A stretch of 64,000 bases of DNA, from assembly GCA_022820625.1 (NCBI GenBank), contig JAJEFE010000011.1:846-64845 (forward strand). The letters run 5' to 3'. This stretch comes from Gammaproteobacteria bacterium. Its GTDB lineage: Bacteria; Pseudomonadota; Gammaproteobacteria; Steroidobacterales; Rariloculaceae. The notes under the pieces are model-generated. The model was not told the origin of the DNA and ran no database searches. It saw only the letters and a list, made by a program, of their open reading frames with translations. The position numbers and the translations under genes were made by a program. Shown one piece after another: positions 47,737 through 56,896 of this stretch. The number at the start of each line of letters is the position of its first letter. Position 1 is the first letter of the stretch.

Positions 47737-47881
47737 GGCGGGTCTCCCGTGATTCACCAGCGCGGAACCGTAGCCGCAGGCGAGCAATATAACCTAGTAT
47801 TTCCGCTGGAATACCTTCGCGGTGGGTTGACGTAACCTGCTCGTGGATGGATTGCAGGTTGCAGGTTGCAGGTGCAAATCG

Positions 47882-48247
47882 ATGAACATGCGCGCTGGTT
47901 GGACGCTTTGGCTGGACTGCCTCATCGTGGCGGGTGTCTGGCTCATTTTCGATCTGGTCCTGCGCGATCCATGGACGGTCCTGTTTGTCGTCATTGCGAT
48001 GGGCTCGGATTTCCTGGTACGAAACGCCACCGGCGGTGCGTTCATGGATGCCAACGCTCCGGTCGGCACCGCTGCACGCGTTCTGGTATGTGTTGCGCTC
48101 TATGCCGGTCCGGCCATCGTCTTGCGATGGTTCAGTGCCAAAGTGCTCAGTGAACCCTATTTTGTCCTGGTGACGGCCGGATGGCTGGTTTTCTACGTGG
48201 GCGCGTTGACGGTTCTGTTCCCGCCGCGCCTGCCGGGGCTGGGTTAG
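47882..48247 (+). CDS. Small integral membrane protein, unknown function
   Basis: ~121 aa, four hydrophobic helices. No recognisable family. Confidence 0.4.
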   Translation: MNMRAGWTLWLDCLIVAGVWLIFDLVLRDPWTVLFVVIAMGSDFLVRNATGGAFMDANAPVGTAARVLVCVALYAGPAIVLRWFSAKVLSEPYFVLVTAGWLVFYVGALTVLFPPRLPGLG

Positions 48248-48270
48248 TTTCGGATCCGTTCCGGTTGGTT

Positions 48271-49719
48271 TTAGGGCTCGGCTTCGCGCGACTGGCGCGA
48301 GGCGATGATCCCCATCGCGGCGCTCTCGCCCGATTCCATGGCGCCCTCCATGCCGCGGTTGGTCTGGGCCAGGTGCTCGCCGCAGAATCGGACCCGGCCG
48401 TGGGGTGCGCCCATCGCGGCGGCGAAGCGGGTGATCTGTCCAGGACGGAAATAGGCCCATGCGCCGCGGGCGAAGGGATCCGCTCCCCAGCTTTGCCGCC
48501 CGATGAACTCCAATTGCCCCCGTGCGGCCGGACGCACGGCTTCAATTTCAGCAATGACCCGGGCACCGGCCGCTTCGGGCGGCAGCGCATCAAGCCGCGC
48601 CGCGTTTCGGCCCATCACCCAGGCCGAGAATCCTGTGATTTCCCCGGGATCGCTGCCGTTGCGTATCGCGGAAAACATGCCGGTCGCGGTATCCGTATAC
48701 AGACTAGGGGCGACTTCGTCCGCTTCCCAAAATTCAGAGTTGTGAGCGAAGTACAATTGGGTCATGGACTGAGAGGGCAGGCTTGCGACGGCTTCCCGCT
48801 GGGAACCGGCCAGGGGCGGGTCGAACGCGATACCACGAAGAACCGTAAAGGGCAGGGCGCACACTGCGTAGGCAGCCCTGAATTCGGTGCCGTCTGCGCA
48901 GCCTACGGTGACCATCCTGCCGTCGTCTTCGATCCGCCTGACCGCACGACCGAAATGCACCGGACGGTCCAGCGACTCGGCCATCGCCTCGGGAATTCGC
49001 TGTACGCCGTCTGCGGCCGTAAAGCCCCTTGCACCCGTAGACGAGGTCGTCGAGGACCGTGACCGAAGCGACTTGCCAACTGACCTGTCTGCCGCCGGTT
49101 CAGACGAGACCGCCTGCGCCCTGGAGAACGCCGCGCGGAACAACAGTTGGAGCGCCGAAATGTCGTGGGCGTCCTCTCCATAACTGACATTCATTCCGTA
49201 ACCAAGCCGAATTGTCTGGTCATTCAGCCCAAGCCCGCGCATCCATTCATACATTGGGACGTCGTGCACGGCCTGCTCGGGGTCCAGCCAGTTCTGCGGT
49301 TCCTTGAGCGGGTTCTCCCGGGCGGTCAGCATCCGGCTGAAGGTCCAGGGCATCAGCGCCCTGTACGGGTCCGGAAACGGGTTGGCGGGGTGAGCCGGCC
49401 ACTCGGACTGGCGAATGATCGCGCCGTCGAGCGCCAGGTCCTGCTCCCTGAAAAACTTCAGCGAGGGCGTGACGTCGATGAGCCTGACGTCGTGGCGCGC
49501 GGCTGCAGCGATCATGCGCCCGTACGCCGCGCCGATGTAGGTGCCGCCGGCTTCCAGGTTGCCGCCGAGTTCGCGCATCGACCGCACCCGTCCGCCCACT
49601 CGATCCTGAGCCTCGACAACCCGCACGTCGACGCCGGCATCCTCAAGGTGAACGGCGGCGTTGAGTCCCGCCAGGCCCGCGCCGATCACCACCGCCTCGC
49701 AGCGATGAATTTTCGTCAC
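48271..49719 (-). CDS. FAD-dependent amine-oxidase-superfamily oxidoreductase; candidate coproporphyrinogen III oxidase (CgoX/HemY role)
   Basis: VVIGAGLAGL...VVEAQDRVGGR dinucleotide-binding motif. GTG start overlaps the hemH stop as GTGA (49716-49719). Role inferred from position only. Sequence looks equally like monoamine-oxidase-type enzymes. Confidence 0.55.
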   Translation of the reverse strand: MTKIHRCEAVVIGAGLAGLNAAVHLEDAGVDVRVVEAQDRVGGRVRSMRELGGNLEAGGTYIGAAYGRMIAAAARHDVRLIDVTPSLKFFREQDLALDGAIIRQSEWPAHPANPFPDPYRALMPWTFSRMLTARENPLKEPQNWLDPEQAVHDVPMYEWMRGLGLNDQTIRLGYGMNVSYGEDAHDISALQLLFRAAFSRAQAVSSEPAADRSVGKSLRSRSSTTSSTGARGFTAADGVQRIPEAMAESLDRPVHFGRAVRRIEDDGRMVTVGCADGTEFRAAYAVCALPFTVLRGIAFDPPLAGSQREAVASLPSQSMTQLYFAHNSEFWEADEVAPSLYTDTATGMFSAIRNGSDPGEITGFSAWVMGRNAARLDALPPEAAGARVIAEIEAVRPAARGQLEFIGRQSWGADPFARGAWAYFRPGQITRFAAAMGAPHGRVRFCGEHLAQTNRGMEGAMESGESAAMGIIASRQSREAEP

Positions 49720-50777
49720 GTCAACTCCACTCCGCAGAGCGCGTCAACGGGCTCGCCGGGCCGGCCGGAGAGGCAGCAGTCGACGGGGCAGAAGTCATGA
49801 TTGGGCCCAAGGCTGCCCAGCGCCGGACGCACCGGATCGACCGTCATTCGCTCGACAATCAGGTCGCGCACCATACGCACGTAGGCGGGATGGGTACCCA
49901 CCGTGCCGGCGCGAACCATGTTGAGTCCGAGTTCGTCTGCTTTTTCTGCAGCTTCCACGTCCAGGTCCAGAACCACTTCCATGTGATCGCAGACGAAGCC
50001 TATGGGTGCGACGACCACGTCGGCGTGGCCTGCCGCATGCACGGATTCCAACGCCTCGCAGATGTCTGGCCCGAGCCACGGTTCGCCGTAGGATGCGTTC
50101 TGACTCTGGTACACCAGTTCCCACCGCGCGGCGCCGGCCATCTCCGCGGTAAGGGAACAAGCCTCGCGCAACTGGGCGACGTAGTCGCACGCCCCGGCCA
50201 TCGAATGGGGCAGGCTGTGGGCGGTGAACAGCAGCGCCGGTTGCGGCTTTGTCGTCGGTAGGCGCGAGAACGCATCACGGAGCCGGTCCGCCATCGCTTC
50301 GATGAACCCGGGGTGGTTGTATCCGAGCCGCAGCTTGTCAATGTGGGGGGCACCGTCAAGGCCATCCACCGCAGCGTAGAGATCTTCGCGGTACTTGCGG
50401 CAGCCGCTGTAGGAACTGAAGGTGCTGGTGACGTAGGCGATGGCACGGGTGACGCCGTCTTCGGTCATCCGGGCCAGCGTATCGTCCAGCATGGGGTGCC
50501 AGTTTCGATTGCCCCAGTACACCGGTAGCCTGGGTCCGGAGTTATCCAGTTCACGCTCCAGTGCCGAGATGAATTCGCGCGTGTGCCGATTGATGGGGCT
50601 GACGCCGCCGAAGCGGTGATAGCGCTGGGCGATGCGGGTCTTGACGGGGGGCGGTACGCGCAGGCCGGCGAGGACGTTGTCCAGGAAGGGCATGACGTCG
50701 TCGGGGCCTTCGGGGCCGCCGAAGGAGACGATCAGGATGGCGTCGTAGTTCCTTGCGTCGTTATCGAAGAGGGTCAT
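49716..50777 (-). CDS. hemH: Ferrochelatase (actinobacterial/coproporphyrin type with Cys-rich C-terminus)
   Basis: ILIVSFGGPEGP, RFGGVSPIN, SSYSGCRKYRED. C-terminal FCPVDCC...LCG cysteine cluster. Confidence 0.85.
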   Translation of the reverse strand: MTLFDNDARNYDAILIVSFGGPEGPDDVMPFLDNVLAGLRVPPPVKTRIAQRYHRFGGVSPINRHTREFISALERELDNSGPRLPVYWGNRNWHPMLDDTLARMTEDGVTRAIAYVTSTFSSYSGCRKYREDLYAAVDGLDGAPHIDKLRLGYNHPGFIEAMADRLRDAFSRLPTTKPQPALLFTAHSLPHSMAGACDYVAQLREACSLTAEMAGAARWELVYQSQNASYGEPWLGPDICEALESVHAAGHADVVVAPIGFVCDHMEVVLDLDVEAAEKADELGLNMVRAGTVGTHPAYVRMVRDLIVERMTVDPVRPALGSLGPNHDFCPVDCCLSGRPGEPVDALCGVELT

Positions 50778-50807
50778 GGCTCAGTGGCGCCAGTAGTCGG
50801 CGTCGTC

Positions 50808-50944
50808 GGGTGCGTGTGTAGGGCTCTCGCACGCTAAACCTCGCCCGCCATCCCTGGCGGGCTCGGATCGGGTCGCGGCGCTCCTGGCCATCCATGGCCC
50901 CGCGCCGCTCCCACGACGCGTGCGAGAGCCCTCCACACGCACCC
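50808..50944. repeat. 137-bp highly structured inverted-repeat element in the hemQ-hemH spacer
   Basis: Arms 50810-50834 and 50918-50942 pair at 24 of 25 positions (extendable by 2 bp). They enclose an 8-bp/4-nt hairpin (50843-50862) and a 5-bp/4-nt hairpin (50886-50899). Confidence 0.8.
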
Positions 50945-50997
50945 TGGGAGCTGGGAATGGGGAGGCGGGTATGAAGATGGGGTATTGGGGGCATGGA

Positions 50998-51723
50998 TCA
51001 AGGGTTGCTGCTTTGCCAGACGGTGCGGCCTACGAAGAAGGGGCCCAGGCTGTCGAGGTACTGGGAGGTTTGTTCGGTCTTGCGCATTTCCTGGACGACT
51101 GCGGAGAGCGGGAACAGGTTTGGCCCGAGGAGGCCGATGACGAAGTCGTTGTCGTGCTTGTCGAGGCCGTGGCAGGCCAGGCGGACGTCCGCGGCGAGTC
51201 CGGCAACGCCGTACCGGCGGCCGATGGAGCCGTGTTCGGCGAGGATCTGGCGCTGCTTGTCCTGGGGCAGGACGTAGAAGCTCTTGGAACGCTGGAGGGG
51301 GTACCAGACGGCCCAGGTGAACGACGGGTTGAGGATCTTGGATCGCGGTTTCACCAGCAAAGTGTCCTCGAGGTCCGGTTCGTAGCCGATGGAGTAGGTG
51401 CGGCCCAGCATGTCGAACTCGCCCTTGTGGTTCATGCCGGTGAAGGGCGGTCGGTTGAAGGTGTCGCGCAGCGTCGTCGCGAAGAATTCCGGGTCTTCGG
51501 TCATCGCCATGACGCCGATGCCCGTGGGATCGTTGGTGTCGACGTACATTGCGCCCTCCACGCCGGCTTCGGCGAGGGCTTGGGCGGTGTCCTGCCCGGA
51601 CTCGCAGCCATTGAACGCGGTGAACTTCATGAACAGTCGGCGATCCAGCGAGATCGGTTGGCCCTTGAGCGTTCCCTTCTCGCTCAGATCCACGGAAATC
51701 GCCTCTCGTGCGGGTTCGGTCAC
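50998..51723 (-). CDS. hemQ: Chlorite-dismutase-family protein, probable coproheme decarboxylase
   Basis: ~241 aa with a Cld/HemQ-like pattern (WAVWYPL, ILAEHG...). GTG start overlaps the hemE stop (GTGA 51720-51723). Confidence 0.7.
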   Translation of the reverse strand: MTEPAREAISVDLSEKGTLKGQPISLDRRLFMKFTAFNGCESGQDTAQALAEAGVEGAMYVDTNDPTGIGVMAMTEDPEFFATTLRDTFNRPPFTGMNHKGEFDMLGRTYSIGYEPDLEDTLLVKPRSKILNPSFTWAVWYPLQRSKSFYVLPQDKQRQILAEHGSIGRRYGVAGLAADVRLACHGLDKHDNDFVIGLLGPNLFPLSAVVQEMRKTEQTSQYLDSLGPFFVGRTVWQSSNP

Positions 51724-52742
51724 GCTGATCGCTCCTCGTGGACGGCGTCGACCAGGGCGGCGACGCTTTCAAGTGGGGTTTGCGGCAGGATGCCATGGCC
51801 GAGGTTCACGATGTGGCCTTCGGGGCTGACCCGTTGCAACAGGGCAGACGCCGCGGCACGGGTGGGAGCGGCGCCGCCAAGGAGTACGGCCGGATCGATA
51901 TTGCCCTGCACGGCTCGTGCCGGATAGCGTCGTTGTACGTCGGCGATGTCCACCCGCCAGTCCACCGCCAGCACCTCGGCAGGAAGGTTGGCGTAGGCGT
52001 CCAGGAGGTGGGGCGCGTTCTGGAGGAAGAGGATTCTCGGCACGCCGGCCTCGCCCACGGTCTCGAGCAGCATTTCCAGGTGAGGGCGAATGAGCCGTTC
52101 CCAATCGGCCAGCGACAGCAGACCGGCCCAGGAATCGAACACCTGCACGGCGTCGGCGCCGGCGCGTGCCTGACCGATCAGGTAGGTGGCCATGGCCTCG
52201 GCGAGCTTGCCCAGCAGGGCTTGCAGCAGTTTCGGTTCGGAGGCGGCGAACGTTCGCAGTCTCGGGAAGTCTTTCCTGCCACGGCCCTCGACGAGGTAGG
52301 CGGCCAGCGTCCAGGGTGCGCCGCAGAAACCCAGCAGCGCCGTTTCGGCCGGGAGGGCGTCACGGGTCTGTCGAAGCGCGGCGAGCACTTCGGGGCCGAG
52401 CCTGTCGGGATCGGGCGACGTCAGCGCATCCACGCCGGCCCTGTCGCGGATGGGCTTTTCCACCACCGGGCCCGGGTCGAAATCGAATTCAACGCCCAGC
52501 GCCGGCAGGGGGCTCATGATGTCGGCGAAAACGATGGCCGCATCGAACGGGAAGCGGGCCATCGGCATCAGCGTCACCCGGGCAGCCAGTTCCGGGGACT
52601 GGGCCACGGCCTTGAACGGATAGGACCGGCGCAGTTCGCGGTATTCGGGCAGGTAGCGGCCGGCCTGGCGCATGATCCAGAGCGGACGCCGCTCGACGGC
52701 CTCGCCGCGTATGGCCTTCAGCAGCAGGCGTTCGTCGGTCAC
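51720..52742 (-). CDS. hemE: Uroporphyrinogen decarboxylase
   Basis: PLWIMRQAGRYLPEYR signature. GTG 52742 overlaps the response-regulator stop (GTGA). Confidence 0.9.
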   Translation of the reverse strand: MTDERLLLKAIRGEAVERRPLWIMRQAGRYLPEYRELRRSYPFKAVAQSPELAARVTLMPMARFPFDAAIVFADIMSPLPALGVEFDFDPGPVVEKPIRDRAGVDALTSPDPDRLGPEVLAALRQTRDALPAETALLGFCGAPWTLAAYLVEGRGRKDFPRLRTFAASEPKLLQALLGKLAEAMATYLIGQARAGADAVQVFDSWAGLLSLADWERLIRPHLEMLLETVGEAGVPRILFLQNAPHLLDAYANLPAEVLAVDWRVDIADVQRRYPARAVQGNIDPAVLLGGAAPTRAAASALLQRVSPEGHIVNLGHGILPQTPLESVAALVDAVHEERSA

Positions 52743-53458
52743 TGGGAACGCTCCGCTTCCTGGGTAAACCGGTACCCGACGCCACGCACGGTATGAAAGT
52801 GCTCGGGCATCTCGGGATTGCGCTCGAAACGCCTGCGCAGCCGCACGATGAAGTTGTCTATGGTGCGCGTCGAGGGGTACACCTCGTAACCCCAGACCCG
52901 GTCCAGGATGTCTTCCCGCGGCACGATCGCGCCGGCCTGTTCGGCCAGGAACTTCAGGATCATGGCTTCCTTGTGGGTCAGCGTGTGCTCGCCGCCGTCC
53001 CATGCCGTGGCGTGATACGTCAGAAAGTCGATGGTGTTGCCGTTGAAGCTGAGCGTCTGCCCGGCCAGCATGTACCAGTGGCTGCGGCGCAGGATGGCGG
53101 CGACCCGCAGCAGCAGTTCCTTGAGATGAAACGGCTTGGCGAGGTAATCGTCCCCGCCCGCTTCAAGTCCGCGAATCCGGTCTTCCGGGGCGCCCTTGAC
53201 GGTCAGGAACAGCACCGGCGTGTGCAGGCCGTTGCGGCGCAGTTCCTCGCAGGTCCTGAGCCCATCCATCTTCGGCATCATCACGTCCAGCAGGATCAGG
53301 TCGAAGGGCTGCGCAAGCGCCTTGCGCAAACCTTCCTCTCCGTCGTGGGCCACTTCCGCAGAATAGCCCTCCGACTGGAGGATTTCGCACACGCCGTCGG
53401 CCAGGTGCTCCTCGTCGTCCACCACGAGGATCCGGGCCGGATTGGCCGTTGCATTCAT
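52739..53458 (-). CDS. OmpR/PhoB-family response regulator
   Basis: Receiver (ILVVDDE, LILLDVMMPKMDG, LAKPF) plus winged helix (TVRGVGYRF). ATG overlaps the kinase stop (ATGA 53455-53458). Confidence 0.9.
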   Translation of the reverse strand: MNATANPARILVVDDEEHLADGVCEILQSEGYSAEVAHDGEEGLRKALAQPFDLILLDVMMPKMDGLRTCEELRRNGLHTPVLFLTVKGAPEDRIRGLEAGGDDYLAKPFHLKELLLRVAAILRRSHWYMLAGQTLSFNGNTIDFLTYHATAWDGGEHTLTHKEAMILKFLAEQAGAIVPREDILDRVWGYEVYPSTRTIDNFIVRLRRRFERNPEMPEHFHTVRGVGYRFTQEAERSQ

Positions 53459-54543
53459 GCGGGCGAACTCGCAGCCGGCCACTCGACGGTGACGGTCGCA
53501 CCGAGCCCCGGACCTTCGCTCGCGGCACTCACGCGTGCGCCGGAGATTTCCGCGAGGCCCCGGACCAGGTATAGCCCCAGGCCGGTACCCGAGGTGGACC
53601 GGCGCATTTCATCACCGAGGCGATAGAACTTCTCGAAAATCATGGCGGCGTCATCGGGAGCAAAGCCGCTGCCGTCATCGCGTACATTGATTCGGACGAC
53701 ACCGTCGTTCGCTCGTGCGTCGATCCAGACGTTCCGCCCCTGGCCGGCAACACACGCCTTGACGGCATTGTCCAGCAGGTTTCGCAGCACCGTTTCGATG
53801 GCGACGGGATCGGCCTCGATTCGCAATTCGTCAGGGACATCGTCGTGGATTTCGATACCGTGGGAGCGGGCGGTTTCCTGGTATCGGGCCACGCCCGAGG
53901 TTACCGCGTTGCTCAGGGTGAGCGCCTCTCCCTTCAGTTCCATCCGGCCTTCCTCGAGCCGGGTGGTATCCAGGAGGTTTTCCACCATGCGCAGCAGGCG
54001 CTCGCCGTCTTCCAGCATCCGCCGGGCCAGCCGTTCGGTGTGGTCGTGGTCCGGCCGTCTGATCAACGTTTCGGCGGCCAGTCGAATACTGGCCAGCGGA
54101 CTCTTCAATTCGTGGGAGACGGCCGCGAGGAAGTTCTGCTGGCGCTTTCTGAGCTGTGCGTCGTGCCGGATGGTTCGCGTCAGCACGGTCATGCCCCCGA
54201 TAAGGACGAGCAGAAAGAAACCGCCCTCCCACGTATAGCGGTTGATGCGCGAGTCTGCATCCGCCACAAGCGCCTCCACGGATTCCGGACGCACGGTGGC
54301 CGTGCCCAGTTCCGGGTCGATCTGAAGGTGCGGCATCAATTCCGGCAGTTGAGGCGTGGCCTGTGCGAAAGCCGCGGTCACCGCAAGCGCATCGGCTTCG
54401 TAAAGCGCCGTGACCCGGTCCCGCTCCTGGCGCGCGAGGCTTCTCTGGTCGGCGACCCACCAGGCCACTTGTGCGGTGGATATGGCAAGCAGCGCGAGGA
54501 AACCAAGCTGCAGCGCCTTGCTGGGATCGCGCTTTAGTATCAT
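53455..54543 (-). CDS. Sensor histidine kinase (two TM helices, ~95-aa external loop, HisKA + HATPase_c, no HAMP/PAS seen)
   Basis: H-box FLAAVSHELKSPL, N-box LLDNAVKA, DDGSGF, GTGLGL. ATG overlaps the hemL stop (ATGA 54540-54543). Confidence 0.9.
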   Translation of the reverse strand: MILKRDPSKALQLGFLALLAISTAQVAWWVADQRSLARQERDRVTALYEADALAVTAAFAQATPQLPELMPHLQIDPELGTATVRPESVEALVADADSRINRYTWEGGFFLLVLIGGMTVLTRTIRHDAQLRKRQQNFLAAVSHELKSPLASIRLAAETLIRRPDHDHTERLARRMLEDGERLLRMVENLLDTTRLEEGRMELKGEALTLSNAVTSGVARYQETARSHGIEIHDDVPDELRIEADPVAIETVLRNLLDNAVKACVAGQGRNVWIDARANDGVVRINVRDDGSGFAPDDAAMIFEKFYRLGDEMRRSTSGTGLGLYLVRGLAEISGARVSAASEGPGLGATVTVEWPAASSPA

Positions 54544-55895
54544 GAGTCGCTCCCCTCGGGTTCGTTGCCTGCCCGGTCCGTCGAAGCGCTTTCGGAATTC
54601 AGGTTGTCCAGGACTTCCCCAAGAGCATCCGCGAGACGGTCGATATGTTCGGGAGTGTGGGCCAGCGACAGGAAACCGACTTCATAGGCGGACGGCGCCA
54701 GCGCGATTCCGCGTTCCAGGAGGCCGTGAAACACGTCGCGGTAGATGCGTGCGGCATCCGGGTGGATCGCCTCTGCCGAGGCCGGCGCCGCGGTCGATCC
54801 CCACGCGATCCAGAAGATCGAACCGATCCGCACCACGGCCGCCGGAACGCCCGATCGGTTCAGGACGCTTCCGAGACGCTGTTTCAGGTATTGACCGAGC
54901 TCTTCCAGGCCCTGCCAGCAGTCGTAGCGCCGCAGGTACTTGAGCGTCGTCAGGCCCGCCGTCATGGCCACGGGGTTTCCCGACAGGGTGCCGGCCTGAT
55001 AGACGCCACCGGTCGGTGCAAGGTGCCGCATGATGTCTCGTGGTCCACCGAATGCGCCCACCGGCATGCCTCCGCCGATCACCTTGCCGAATGTGGCGAG
55101 ATCCGGTTGTACGCCATAGAGCGCGGCCGCACCGCCCGGACCCAGGCGAAAACCGGATATGACCTCGTCGAAGATCAACAGCGCCCCATGGCGCGTGCAG
55201 AGTTCGCGCAAGGTGGCGAGGAACCTGGGGCGCTGGAGGAGCAGGCCGTTGTTCGCGGGCACGGGCTCGATGATGGCCGCGGCGACGCGATCGCCTTCCC
55301 GGTCGAAGAGCGCAGTCAACGCGTCGTCGTCATCGAGTGGCAGCACGCGCGTCAGCGACGCGATCGGTTCGGGCACACCCAGCGACGATGGGGCGCCGAA
55401 TGTCGCAAGTCCCGACCCGGCCGCCACCAGCAGGTGGTCCACGTGACCGTGATAGCAGCCGGAAAACTTGACGATAATGTCGCGCTCAGTGGCGCCCCGG
55501 GCCAGGCGTACGGCGCTCATCACGGCTTCGGTGCCGGAGGATACGAAACGGATCTGTTCGATACCCGGATAGCCGGCGACAACCTCCGCGGCCAATTCGA
55601 TTTCCACCGCGGATGGTGCGCCGAAGGACGTGCCGCGTTTCAATGAGTTGGCCACGGCCTTGACCACGTGCCGGTTGGCGTGGCCCAAAATCAGCGGACC
55701 CCACGAACCGACAAAGTCCAGGTACCTGTTGCCGTCCACATCCCATACGTGGGCTCCGTCACCCTTCTGAATGACGGGCGGCGTGCCCCCGACGCTCCTG
55801 AACGCCCGTACCGGGGAACTCACCCCGCCCGGCAGTACCTCGAGCGCCCGGTCAAACCATTGCGTTGATTGCGTACCGGTGCGTTCCTCGCTCAC
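54540..55895 (-). CDS. hemL: Glutamate-1-semialdehyde 2,1-aminomutase
   Basis: LPGGVSSPVRAF, GSWGPLILGH, SGTEA. GTG start overlaps the hemB stop (GTGA 55892-55895). Confidence 0.9.
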   Translation of the reverse strand: MSEERTGTQSTQWFDRALEVLPGGVSSPVRAFRSVGGTPPVIQKGDGAHVWDVDGNRYLDFVGSWGPLILGHANRHVVKAVANSLKRGTSFGAPSAVEIELAAEVVAGYPGIEQIRFVSSGTEAVMSAVRLARGATERDIIVKFSGCYHGHVDHLLVAAGSGLATFGAPSSLGVPEPIASLTRVLPLDDDDALTALFDREGDRVAAAIIEPVPANNGLLLQRPRFLATLRELCTRHGALLIFDEVISGFRLGPGGAAALYGVQPDLATFGKVIGGGMPVGAFGGPRDIMRHLAPTGGVYQAGTLSGNPVAMTAGLTTLKYLRRYDCWQGLEELGQYLKQRLGSVLNRSGVPAAVVRIGSIFWIAWGSTAAPASAEAIHPDAARIYRDVFHGLLERGIALAPSAYEVGFLSLAHTPEHIDRLADALGEVLDNLNSESASTDRAGNEPEGSDS

Positions 55896-56896
55896 AGCCA
55901 GCCTCCCTCGATTGCATCGCGGGCATGATAGGTGATGATCCGGTCGGCGCCGGCGCGGCGCATGGCCATCAGGTTTTCCCGCACGACCTGCGCCTCCTCC
56001 AGCCAGCCGTTGGCCGCCGCCGCCTTGACCGCCGCGTACTCCCCGGACACATTGTATGCGGCCAGGGGCAGGTTGCTGGCGCGGCGCACTGCCCGGATCA
56101 CGTCGAGGTAGGCCAGCGCGGGCTTGACCATCAGCATGTCCGCGCCCTCCTGCTCGTCAAGTTCGGCTTCGCGGACCGCCTCGCGGACATTGCGCGGGTC
56201 CATCTGGTAGCTGCGCCGGTCCCCGAACGACGGTGCGGAGTCCGCCGCGTCGCGAAACGGCCCGTAGTACCCCGAAGCGTACTTGACCGCGTAGGCGAGC
56301 AGGATGACCCGCTCGTGCCCGGCCCCGTCGAGGGCGTCCCGGATGGCGGCGACCCGCCCATCCATCATGTCGGAGGGCGCCACCACGTCGGCGCCGGCTT
56401 CGGCGTGGCTCAGAGCCGTGCGCACCAGCGGGACCAGGGATGCGTCGTTGACCACGCCGCCTTCGTCGACGATCCCGCAGTGGCCGTGATCGGTGTAGGC
56501 ACACAGGCAGACGTCTGTCATGATCACCAGATCGTCGCCGAACTCGGCCTTGAGGCGCCGAACCGCGCGTTGCACCGCCCCGTCGTCCGCCCACGCTGCC
56601 AGGCCGTCGGGCGTCTTGTGCCCTTCGTGGTCGGGATGGCCGAACAGGAGCACCGAACGGATGCCCAGGCCCAGGTCGGCCGCGACCCGGCCGAGCAGGT
56701 TGTCCAGGCCCAGTTCCGCAATGCCGGGCATGGAAGGGATGGGACGTTCGGCCTTTCGTGCGGCCAGCACGAAGTGGGGCACGATGAACTGCGACGGCGC
56801 GATGTGCGTTTCAGCCGCCAGATCGCGTATCGCCTGGTTCCGGCGCAGTCGTCGGGGGCGTACCCGCCCCGGCACGGTTACGGTCGTTTCGCTCAT
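55892..56896 (-). CDS. hemB: Porphobilinogen synthase (Zn-type)
   Basis: RPRRLR, DVCLCAYTDHGHCG Cys-rich metal site. ATG overlaps the hemD stop (ATGA 56893-56896). Confidence 0.9.
   Translation of the reverse strand: MSETTVTVPGRVRPRRLRRNQAIRDLAAETHIAPSQFIVPHFVLAARKAERPIPSMPGIAELGLDNLLGRVAADLGLGIRSVLLFGHPDHEGHKTPDGLAAWADDGAVQRAVRRLKAEFGDDLVIMTDVCLCAYTDHGHCGIVDEGGVVNDASLVPLVRTALSHAEAGADVVAPSDMMDGRVAAIRDALDGAGHERVILLAYAVKYASGYYGPFRDAADSAPSFGDRRSYQMDPRNVREAVREAELDEQEGADMLMVKPALAYLDVIRAVRRASNLPLAAYNVSGEYAAVKAAAANGWLEEAQVVRENLMAMRRAGADRIITYHARDAIEGGWL

Noticed and set aside
47852-47872. Heptanucleotide TTGCAGG repeated three times in tandem in the spacer between the PAL-like gene and a small membrane-protein gene
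   Set aside because: Only three copies and no obvious link to a start codon or promoter element. Too short to argue for phase variation.
50761-50994. 77-aa minus-strand ORF filling the hemQ-hemH spacer
   Set aside because: The translation is Arg/Pro-rich, and the region is better explained by the nested inverted-repeat structure. It also overlaps the hemH start.
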